Of a stretch of 29,897 nucleotides of DNA, positions 8,446 through 15,359 are shown piece after piece; the stretch's first letter is position 1, and each line of letters starts with the position of its first letter. The notes below the pieces were generated by a model. The model saw only the letters and a program-made list of their open reading frames with translations. It was not told where the DNA came from and ran no database searches. The translations under genes and the position numbers were made by a program. Source of the DNA: a virus (taxonomy: Duplodnaviria; Caudoviricetes). The stretch spans positions 1 to 29,897 of IMG/VR virus record IMGVR_UViG_3300032321_000919; one strand, 5' to 3'.

Positions 8446-8697
8446 ATGAAGATGCCGGTAAAACTCCCACCGAATCGGAAGCTGTGCGGCACGGCCGAGG
8501 CCGCCGACATCTACGGGTGCTCGCAGAGGCACGTGCGGTTGATGGCTGACCGTGGCGAGATCTGGTCCCAAAAGGTTTCTACCCGGTCCATGCTTGTCGA
8601 TGCCGACGAGATTGAGCGACTTGCTGGCGAGCGTGACGGCCTTCGCCGTCAGGGCAAGCTTCGTGGCCGCCGCCCTGGCGACCGAAAATCAGCCTAA
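8446..8697 (+). CDS. Small HTH DNA-binding protein (Xis/MerR-like HTH_17); candidate excisionase or repressor
   Basis: GTAEAADIYGCSQRHVRLMADRGEI...V....IERL pattern; divergent from int across attP. Confidence 0.8.
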   Translation: MKMPVKLPPNRKLCGTAEAADIYGCSQRHVRLMADRGEIWSQKVSTRSMLVDADEIERLAGERDGLRRQGKLRGRRPGDRKSA

Positions 8698-8730
8698 AGT
8701 TCACGCAAACAACGGCCGAAAAAACACCTG

Positions 8731-8760
8731 TTGACAAATATCCCACAAGGGAATTATCTT
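8731..8760 (+). promoter_or_regulatory. Strong early promoter with operator-like inverted repeat in the spacer
   Basis: A-tract, then TTGACA-N18-TATCTT; TCCC-ACAA-GGGA in spacer. Confidence 0.75.
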
Positions 8761-8786
8761 CCCCGCCCAACGTCATGGAGGACGTC

Positions 8787-8924
8787 GTGGATCGAGTTGA
8801 TTGGAACCATTGGCTGATGGCTCTCGCCCTAGTCAAAGTTGGCCAGGATCTCGGGAGTGACTCGATGCTGGCGCGATCGGTGCATGACCTGCTTTCGATC
8901 GTGTTTGCTTTGTCTCTCAAATAG
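8787..8924 (+). CDS. Small 45-aa early protein (absent from ORF track)
   Basis: GGAGG RBS, GTG start: MDRVDWNHWLMALALVKVGQDLGSDSMLARSVHDLLSIVFALSLK. Confidence 0.7.
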   Translation: MDRVDWNHWLMALALVKVGQDLGSDSMLARSVHDLLSIVFALSLK

Positions 8925-8938
8925 CCCACAAAGGAACA

Positions 8939-9196
8939 ATGAGCATGGATGCCCATCACGCTGAGTACATCGCCGCAGCCTGCGGCCTTCACGAGCAGAC
9001 CCCTACCCGTCGGGCTCTCGACTGTTACGCCATCGGGGACCACCTCTCGTTCCGCCTGCACGGCTGGTCGGAGAGTTCTTACGACGACGGCCGGGTGACG
9101 GACCACCACAACGGCAAGCTCTTGATCGAGACGGCCACCGACATCGTCGAGGTCGATCCGCGGCCCTGGCCACTGGGCAACGTGTTGCCCTTCTGA
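8939..9196 (+). CDS. Hypothetical early protein
   Basis: AAGGA RBS; 85 aa; possibly SH3-like C-terminal half. Confidence 0.75.
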   Translation: MSMDAHHAEYIAAACGLHEQTPTRRALDCYAIGDHLSFRLHGWSESSYDDGRVTDHHNGKLLIETATDIVEVDPRPWPLGNVLPF

Positions 9197-9309
9197 ACGC
9201 ACAGGACTGGCCGCGGCAGGACGCCACGGCCGGAAGGATGGCCGTCGGAGACGGCAGCAGCAAGGACGCATTCATCCGCCCGCCAGCACGACGCGAAACG
9301 GGCTTTTCT
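9197..9309 (+). ncRNA. Candidate CsrB/RsmZ-like GGA-hairpin RNA with terminal intrinsic terminator
   Basis: Six GGA in 9204-9266, several in hairpin loops; GCCCG/CGGGC stem followed by TTTTCT. Confidence 0.55.
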
Positions 9310-9340
9310 CACCAGTAGCACAGTAGCAAAGGACGCAGAC

Positions 9341-10297
9341 ATGGGATTCAAGAAAGCGACAAAGGCACAGGCAAACCTCCACGCGGCGATTCATGGGCCG
9401 AGCGGAGCCGGCAAGACGTTCACCAGTCTCCGAGTTGGCACGGGCCTTGCCGGCGGCAAACCGATCGCAGTGATCGACACCGAGCGAGGCTCGGCCAGCA
9501 AGTACGCCGACCGCTTCTCGTTCGACGTGCTGGAGCTCGAGGACCAGACCATCGACGGCTACGTGGCCGCAATCGGCGAGGCCGCCAAGGCTGGGTATGC
9601 GGTGCTCATCATCGACAGTCTCTCTCACGGCTGGCAGACGCTGCTTGAGGAGGTCGAGAAGCTGGCTAAGGCCAAGTACAGGGGCAACACGTGGAGCGCG
9701 TGGAGCGAGGGCACGCCGCACCAGCGGCGGCTCGTCCAGGCGATCCTCAACTACCCCGGCCACGTGATTGCCACGATGCGGTCGAAGACCGAGTGGACGA
9801 CCGTGGACAACAACGGCAAGAAGACGCCGCAGCGTGTCGGCCTTGCCCCCGAGCAGGGCAAGGGAATCGAGTACGAGTTCGACCTGTTGCTGGAGATCTC
9901 GACCGAGCACATCGGCCACGTGATCAAGGACCGCACCGGCAAGTTCCAAGACAAGCTGATCGACAAGCCCGGTGAAGACTTCGGCCAGCAGCTCGCGGCG
10001 TGGCTCTCGGACGGGCTCCCGTCCCCTGTGGCGTCGGCGCCGACGCCTGCAAGAACTGCTGACGCTACCGGCGGTACAGGGGACGGCTCGCCTGTCGAGG
10101 AGCCGCTGGCCATCAGGATCGCCACGCACATCAGCCAGGCGAGCAGCGTTCGGACGCTCGGAAAGATCGCCGACCGGATCGACGCTCTCGTCTCCGAGGG
10201 CCAACTGTCGGCCGATGAGGCCAGCGAGCTGCACGACGCGGTGTCGCGTCGGCACGACGTGATTGAGCCGAGGGGGGCGGTGAATGGCGTGGCATGA
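9341..10297 (+). CDS. Sak4-like AAA ATPase / single-strand annealing recombinase
   Basis: Walker A GPSGAGKT, IDTE, Walker B IIDS, EYEFD, KDRT motifs; followed by an SSB-like gene. Confidence 0.85.
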   Translation: MGFKKATKAQANLHAAIHGPSGAGKTFTSLRVGTGLAGGKPIAVIDTERGSASKYADRFSFDVLELEDQTIDGYVAAIGEAAKAGYAVLIIDSLSHGWQTLLEEVEKLAKAKYRGNTWSAWSEGTPHQRRLVQAILNYPGHVIATMRSKTEWTTVDNNGKKTPQRVGLAPEQGKGIEYEFDLLLEISTEHIGHVIKDRTGKFQDKLIDKPGEDFGQQLAAWLSDGLPSPVASAPTPARTADATGGTGDGSPVEEPLAIRIATHISQASSVRTLGKIADRIDALVSEGQLSADEASELHDAVSRRHDVIEPRGAVNGVA

Positions 10298-10826
10298 CTC
10301 GTGGACTTCGATGAGGGCCGGGAAGAAACAACAACAGGAAAGGAACCCGATGGACTGGAACATTTCGGTAGAGGAGCCTGAGCAGGCAGCACCGGTCGGC
10401 ACTGAGCGGATGGACTTGCCCGAGGGCGTCCACGAGCTGCAGATCAAAACGGTGTCTGAGGACACCACGCAGCTCGTGCTCGAGCTCGCCCACGAGGATC
10501 GACGCTACTGGTGGGTCAAGGTCTCGCTCAAGAAGGGCCAGACGTGGGCGAGGGTGCTGGTGGCCCAGCTGGCCGGGGCTCTGGCTTTGTCGGAGCAGGA
10601 GTGGGCCGACACGGCGTCGGACGACCTGACGGGTCGCCGCGTTCAGGCCGAGATCCGACATAGGGCCGGTAACAACGGCCGCGTGTTCGTGAACGTGTGG
10701 AAGTTCATGGCGATCGAGCAGCTCCAGCAGGAGGCTGCTGAGAAGGCGAAGCGACCGGCACGGACGCCGGCGGCCAAGGTCAAGCAGGCGTCGCCTGCGA
10801 TCGGCAGCGACGACATCCCGTTCTAG
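10284..10826 (+). CDS. SSB-like protein (DUF669-like); alternative start at 10350
   Basis: LPEGVHE start of a beta domain; acidic C-terminal DDIPF tail; position after Sak4. Confidence 0.75.
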   Translation: MAWHDSWTSMRAGKKQQQERNPMDWNISVEEPEQAAPVGTERMDLPEGVHELQIKTVSEDTTQLVLELAHEDRRYWWVKVSLKKGQTWARVLVAQLAGALALSEQEWADTASDDLTGRRVQAEIRHRAGNNGRVFVNVWKFMAIEQLQQEAAEKAKRPARTPAAKVKQASPAIGSDDIPF

Positions 10827-10835
10827 GAGCAACAC

Positions 10836-11063
10836 ATGAGCAGTGAACTAAGCCACCCAGGCCACGTCCGCTATGTGCGGCAATGGCTGACCGCCAACCG
10901 CGAACGCATCGCCGCAGCGGTTGAGCCGCCTAGCCAGATGGACATGCACTTGGGCGGTGCTGACTTCGTGGAATGGCTGGAAAAAATCGTTGACGCGCAC
11001 CAGCGCTGTTGCGATCGGGAGTATGCCAGGCGGCCGCCATTCACGAGGTACACGGGCGATTGA
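10836..11063 (+). CDS. Hypothetical protein
   Basis: AGGAG RBS; 75 aa. Confidence 0.7.
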   Translation: MSSELSHPGHVRYVRQWLTANRERIAAAVEPPSQMDMHLGGADFVEWLEKIVDAHQRCCDREYARRPPFTRYTGD

Positions 11064-11111
11064 CGGTAGGGCACGGTGCCCATGTTCGATGGTTTCCAAG
11101 GAGGGAATGTT

Positions 11112-11432
11112 ATGTCCGCGAGATTCATGGTGATGATGACGCTTGCCCTGCTGATGGGCGCTGCCACGGCCCAGGCCGAGCAGGTGTTCACGGTGACGAC
11201 GACGATCACTGCACAGGAGCAGGCCGAGACGAACGCGCGTACTGGCCGGATGGCTCACTGCCGCGTGTTGCACGGCCGGCGTGAGGGCGTTGGGTTCAGC
11301 TCGAGCTCGGCCCAGCAGGCGATCGAGTCGTGTTGTTTCTTTCGCGACGCCCAGCGTGGCCGCTACCGGATCGTGGAGCAAGGCGTGGCCCGCGGGCCTC
11401 GCGGTTGGTTCGCAGTGATCCGGTACGAGTGA
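11112..11432 (+). CDS. Secreted small CAP/SCP-like protein
   Basis: Signal peptide ending ATAQA; A..A...M.H, EGVG, GVARG..GWFA pattern resembling a minimal CAP domain. Confidence 0.6.
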   Translation: MSARFMVMMTLALLMGAATAQAEQVFTVTTTITAQEQAETNARTGRMAHCRVLHGRREGVGFSSSSAQQAIESCCFFRDAQRGRYRIVEQGVARGPRGWFAVIRYE

Positions 11433-11438
11433 TCGACA

Positions 11439-11592
11439 GCGGCCCGCCCTGGCCAAAGTGGCGTCTGCATCCGCCACATGGGTCGCCGAGCGGGAGTGGC
11501 GAGTAACCACCGCAGTCGAGGCTGGTTTTCATCTCTTTCCCGGTGACTCGACCGAACGCCCCACGTCACGGGGCCAATACACAAGGAGGTGT
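11439..11592 (+). ncRNA. Candidate structured intergenic RNA (multi-stem, possible pseudoknots)
   Basis: Five stems fill a ~160-nt intergenic gap; see finding. Confidence 0.5.
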
Positions 11593-11595
11593 TCA

Positions 11596-11745
11596 ATGCC
11601 AGGACGACCGAAGGTAGACCCCGAGAAGATCAGGAAGCTGGCCGCGCAGGGCGTCTCGGCCTACTGCATCGCCGAGCGAATTGGCTGCTCGCGGGCTGTG
11701 GTTTACAGCACGCTGAAAATCAGGACTGTGGGGGCCGTCAAGTGA
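11596..11745 (+). CDS. Small Hin/resolvase-type HTH protein
   Basis: GRPK...IRKLAAQGVSAYCIAERIGCSRAVVY; AAGGAGG RBS. Confidence 0.75.
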   Translation: MPGRPKVDPEKIRKLAAQGVSAYCIAERIGCSRAVVYSTLKIRTVGAVK

Positions 11746-12062
11746 GCCGACCGCACTACATCACGCCGCCGATCGAAGAGGGGCTGCCGCTGTTCGGCGC
11801 AGTACGGACTTCAGACCCGGCGACATCGCACGCGGCGGCCGCACAGGCCGGCGGGCTGGCTACGCGGCACCAGCGGCAGATCCTCGCGGCACTGCTGGAA
11901 GGCCCGGCTGGGGCCAGTGGGATCGCGGCACGGTGCGGGCTGCTGCCGCACCAAATCGGCAAGAGGATCGCCGAGCTGGCCAAGGCTGGCCGGATTGTTG
12001 AGACGGGGCGGACGGTCACGAGCTCGAGCGGGCGGGGCGAGCGGGAATGGCAAATCAACTAG
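11742..12062 (+). CDS. Winged-helix DNA-binding protein
   Basis: GTGA coupling; RTSDPATSHAAA...ILAAL...IAARCGL...KRIAEL...GR...W. Confidence 0.7.
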   Translation: MSRPHYITPPIEEGLPLFGAVRTSDPATSHAAAAQAGGLATRHQRQILAALLEGPAGASGIAARCGLLPHQIGKRIAELAKAGRIVETGRTVTSSSGRGEREWQIN

Positions 12063-12079
12063 CCGTCACGTTGGCGGCT
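12061..12079 (+). terminator. GC-rich hairpin (terminator-like, weak U tract)
   Basis: AGCCGTCA-CGT-TGGCGGCT directly at the upstream stop codon. Confidence 0.35.
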
Positions 12080-12120
12080 GGATGTTTGGTGGAAAGAATC
12101 GAAAGCAAAGGAGTTTTGGG

Positions 12121-13053
12121 ATGCGATGGACAAAAAGGCGATCAGCAAGCCTTGAGCAGGCAATTGACGACCTATTCGTCTTCTGTGGCCTGAGCGAAGA
12201 GGATCGCAGGGGCTCGCCGGAATGGATGACAAAAGACAGAGTGAGGCCGCAGGACTTTCCAGAGGCTGAGGCGTTTCTAGACGCAAGCGACGGCGATCTT
12301 GTTGCGATCTCTAAGGATGAAGATTGCGTGCGATACTTCAACGACGTAAAGCCTTCTGACGTTCCTGGGTTCGACGTGTCTTCTGTTTTGACAACTGTTG
12401 GCGACAACGGGCAGAAGCAGATTGAGCTTTATCGCTTCCGTCAAGAGCCTGTTCGTAAGGCTAGAGGACACAGGATTTATTCTCCCCACGTCGGCTCTTT
12501 GTATTCTTGCTGGGTCGACATCGAACAAGGCGCGTACACGTCAAAAAGAATTCTGGTCAACAAGGCCGGTAGCGAATGGCTTCCAGTTGGTGTGGAAAGT
12601 AGTCACCACCACTTTGTGAAAACAAAGACGTGCGATGGAAACATTATCACATATGGCGTTGATGACAACGAAGGCATAACAAGCACTTGCCACATGCTTT
12701 TAAGCATGTGTTTTACCAGAGATGTTGTTTGGCGAGTTGTGTTTAAGGGGCCTTCTGGGATATCAGTTTCATTGTCAACAGACACAGCTGGGGCGATGGC
12801 AGCGTTTCGCAATCGCCAGCCGAATGATGTGTCAGGTCGCCGCGACGCCATGCGGCACTGGGTTCGCCAGCACTACCGCAGCCGACACGTTGATGAGGGC
12901 GGCGAGCCGCAGAATGTAATTGTGCGTCAGCACCTTCGCGGGAGGACACCGTTTCGTTGGTGCGGCATCGACTGCGAGCTGGTTGTGTCTCCATTTGATA
13001 TGCGGAGAAACGAACGGTTCCGCGTCGATCGCGAGCAGATGGCCACTGCGTGA
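12121..13053 (+). CDS. Hypothetical protein, lower-GC accessory gene (HWVRQHYR / RQHLRG motifs)
   Basis: AAGGAG RBS before ATG 12121; visibly more AT-rich codons than flanks. Confidence 0.75.
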   Translation: MRWTKRRSASLEQAIDDLFVFCGLSEEDRRGSPEWMTKDRVRPQDFPEAEAFLDASDGDLVAISKDEDCVRYFNDVKPSDVPGFDVSSVLTTVGDNGQKQIELYRFRQEPVRKARGHRIYSPHVGSLYSCWVDIEQGAYTSKRILVNKAGSEWLPVGVESSHHHFVKTKTCDGNIITYGVDDNEGITSTCHMLLSMCFTRDVVWRVVFKGPSGISVSLSTDTAGAMAAFRNRQPNDVSGRRDAMRHWVRQHYRSRHVDEGGEPQNVIVRQHLRGRTPFRWCGIDCELVVSPFDMRRNERFRVDREQMATA

Positions 13054-13105
13054 TAGGCACGGTGCCGCTTCGACGCGGCTGGGCGGAATACAAGGAGGGC
13101 CACAC

Positions 13106-13309
13106 ATGGCCAGCATCAACAGGCTGAAGAAATTTTTGGACGCCGCACACTGCTCGGACACTGGCGAGAAAATGGTGAGTATTGAGGAGGCTGTCCTCTT
13201 TCTGGTCAAGCATGGCCGTTCGCAGAACATGAACGACGAGCAGTTGAGTGATTTTTTGGCGATGGCTTTTACGGAGTTCCTGTCGAAGGAGGCCCGGGAT
13301 GGCCAGTGA
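13106..13309 (+). CDS. Hypothetical protein
   Basis: AAGGAGG RBS; 67 aa ending EARDGQ. Confidence 0.7.
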   Translation: MASINRLKKFLDAAHCSDTGEKMVSIEEAVLFLVKHGRSQNMNDEQLSDFLAMAFTEFLSKEARDGQ

Positions 13310-13694
13310 CTTGATCAGCAAGCCACTCTCTGGGCCGTGGATGAGTTGGGATGGCCCGTGGAAAGGCAGTAAGCCTGTCTGGCGTCAACGCGGCCGTGCT
13401 GTCCCCGCTATTCCAGAAAGGCTGAAAGGGTGCGACATGAGAAAACCAGTTGACCCAAGCAGCTCCCAGAGGCTTTTCGATGAATTTGCGTCGGTCATCG
13501 CGGGCGGCGGCCCAGGCGACGAGAACGACACGCACTGCCGAATTATGGACGCGATGGACGCGGGCCGTATTTCTCCGCCGCAGGCAGAGAAGTTGCTTAA
13601 GAAGCTGTTTCGCTCAATCGACGGCGGCCTTGGCATGTGCAGGATCGACAGAGATGGCAACGTAATTCCAATGGAGGCCACGGATGGCCAGTAG
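13299..13694 (+). CDS. Hypothetical protein bounded by a duplicated translation-initiation sequence
   Basis: GGAGG RBS; ends EATDGQ overlapping the replication initiator start. Confidence 0.7.
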   Translation: MASDLISKPLSGPWMSWDGPWKGSKPVWRQRGRAVPAIPERLKGCDMRKPVDPSSSQRLFDEFASVIAGGGPGDENDTHCRIMDAMDAGRISPPQAEKLLKKLFRSIDGGLGMCRIDRDGNVIPMEATDGQ

Positions 13695-14523
13695 TTGGTT
13701 CCCCATGTTCGGCCGCGACTTCCTCGCTTCCACTCTCGGGTGGTCTGCGGAGGAGCGCGGCCACTACGTGACGCTGCTGATCGCCCAGTGGGAGCAGGAC
13801 GGGCTGCCGGCCGATCCCAAGCGGCTCGAGCTCATCTCGCCTGGCGTGGGCAAGGCGTGGAAGCTGGTGGGCGAAAAATTCCCGGTAGGGGGGGGCGGCA
13901 AGCGTCGGAATGTCAGGCTGGAGCACGAGCGTCACCTGTCCCATGAACGGAGCGAGCGGGCTCGTCAGTCTGCCTCCGCCAGATGGTCCGGGAGGGGTTC
14001 CGAAGCGGCTCCGGCGGGGGCTTCCGGCGGGCCGGTCGCCGGGGAGGCCGATGTCGATAAGTCGGCCGAAAACGACGATTCGGGATGCGATCGCATATGC
14101 GGTGGCATATGCGGCGGCATATGCGACGGCACATGCTCCAGCGATGCTTCCATGTCCATGTCTTATACACCTCCTTCTCCTCCCCCGCCTCCGTCTGGTT
14201 TGGATGAGGAAGCAGGCAGGGCATGGGCACAGCTCCGAGGGGCGTGGAACGCCGCCTGGGGCGAGAAACGGCAGTGGCGGTCCATCGAGCCGCCTCCGCA
14301 GTTCGTGGCAAGGCTCTCGGAGCCAGGATGGCTAGAGGAGGCCCTGACGGCGATCCCGGAGATTAAGCGAGGGGCGTGCTCTGGGTTTAAGACGCCCCCT
14401 ACCCTTTCGCAGTTCTGCGACAGGACCGAGAAGGGCTCGTTTGTTTCCCGGATGCTCGGCGGCGAGTTCACCGACACGGCCCGCGCTGGTGGCAGGCAAC
14501 TACGACAGGAGGTCACTCAGTGA
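13684..14523 (+). CDS. Replication initiator, DUF1376/YdaU-like N-terminus
   Basis: WFPMFGRDFLAST..W..EERG.Y..LL..QW...GLP.D...N.RL..ER motif; internal iterons. Confidence 0.82.
   Translation: MASSWFPMFGRDFLASTLGWSAEERGHYVTLLIAQWEQDGLPADPKRLELISPGVGKAWKLVGEKFPVGGGGKRRNVRLEHERHLSHERSERARQSASARWSGRGSEAAPAGASGGPVAGEADVDKSAENDDSGCDRICGGICGGICDGTCSSDASMSMSYTPPSPPPPPSGLDEEAGRAWAQLRGAWNAAWGEKRQWRSIEPPPQFVARLSEPGWLEEALTAIPEIKRGACSGFKTPPTLSQFCDRTEKGSFVSRMLGGEFTDTARAGGRQLRQEVTQ
14081..14147. repeat. Iteron-like 12-bp-period repeats (GCATATGC core): putative replication origin
   Basis: GCATATGC at 14093, 14105, 14117; GCACATGC at 14129; degenerate copies at 14081 and 14141. Confidence 0.8.
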
Positions 14524-14762
14524 CAGGACCACAGGCCAAGATTCTGGGATTCATCATCGACTGGATCGCCGCCCGTGGCTTCCCGCCAACGGTACGCGAG
14601 ATCAGCAAGGCCTTCGGCTGGAAGACCACGGCAAACGTCCAACAGCACATTGAGCGTATGCAGCGTGACGGTCTTGTCGCGCGTGAGGCGGGGATGGCCC
14701 GGACGTTGCGTGTCACGCCAGCGGGCCTTGAGCAGCTCGAGGAGCTGCGGCAGACGGCGTGA
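14520..14762 (+). CDS. LexA N-terminal DNA-binding-domain-only protein
   Basis: T..Q.KIL.FI......GFPPTVREI..AFG..T..V..H...M.R.G.....G.AR.LRV; no peptidase domain. Confidence 0.85.
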   Translation: MTGPQAKILGFIIDWIAARGFPPTVREISKAFGWKTTANVQQHIERMQRDGLVAREAGMARTLRVTPAGLEQLEELRQTA

Positions 14763-15124
14763 CAAAACGTCGGCTGGCAAACGGATGGGGCCGACTGTTT
14801 GTCACAGTCTTTCACAGAAAAACAGGATGGTGGGGTATGTCGCTCATGGACGAAAAAGACAACGCGTTGCTCGAACGTGGCGCAGCCAACGACATTGTGC
14901 GTCTACGGTGGCGGCTGAAGATCCGCGAGAACATCGTGGCAAGGCTAGTGGCAGAGAACGAGCGGCTGAGGAACGATGCGGCAACGAGCTGCGAAACGGT
15001 GCTGACACACGAGGAGCGGTGTGCAATTGCGACCGCAATCGTCTACTTGCAAGAGGACGACGACTACCCAGGAATTGCTAAAGACAAAGCCACGCTCCGC
15101 TCGCTACTGGAGCGTCTTCGATGA
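14759..15124 (+). CDS. Hypothetical protein ending in the LTxEERxAI...ATLRSLLERL motif (start may be 14837)
   Basis: GTGA coupling; coiled-coil segment. Confidence 0.6.
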   Translation: MTKRRLANGWGRLFVTVFHRKTGWWGMSLMDEKDNALLERGAANDIVRLRWRLKIRENIVARLVAENERLRNDAATSCETVLTHEERCAIATAIVYLQEDDDYPGIAKDKATLRSLLERLR

Positions 15125-15219
15125 ATCGTGGTGTGTGCCAGAGGTGTGCAGGCCGGTGGACGCGGTGCTGGTGGTGCCAAGCTGCCACGCTCCGCTCGCT
15201 GCTAGCGAGGCTGTCATGA
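15121..15219 (+). CDS. 32-aa Cys/Trp mini-protein sharing the ATLRSLL C-terminus (absent from ORF track)
   Basis: ATGA coupling at both ends: MNRGVCQRCAGRWTRCWWCQAATLRSLLARLS. Confidence 0.5.
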   Translation: MNRGVCQRCAGRWTRCWWCQAATLRSLLARLS

Positions 15220-15359
15220 GCTCTACCCTCATCCTGTGCGTCGGGTTCGTCTACCTCATGGTCGGCATCGACCAGTTCCGTAAGGGCGACCCGGGCATGG
15301 CGCTGGCGTGGCTGGGCTACGCCCTGGCGAACGTCGGTCTAGCCATGAATGCGCGCTAG
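15216..15359 (+). CDS. Small two-helix membrane protein
   Basis: MSSTLILCVGFVYLMVGIDQFRKGDPGMALAWLGYALANVGL. Confidence 0.75.
   Translation: MSSTLILCVGFVYLMVGIDQFRKGDPGMALAWLGYALANVGLAMNAR

Noticed and set aside
8319-8510. Minus-strand 63-aa ORF ending inside attP (BPs-style split repressor)
   Set aside because: No HTH features; it is the antisense of the tRNA fragment and HTH gene
9313-9328. CAGTAGCA tandem duplication sharing CCAGTAG with the attP repeats
   Set aside because: Too short to distinguish from chance
9272-10468. Long minus-strand ORFs (also 6178-6957, 18472-19521, 19704-20642, 24565-25380)
   Set aside because: Antisense shadows of well-supported plus-strand genes in GC-rich DNA; no recognisable motifs
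13888-13895. G8 tract in the replication initiator as a phase-variation switch
   Set aside because: Short, in frame (Gly codons) and unremarkable at this GC content
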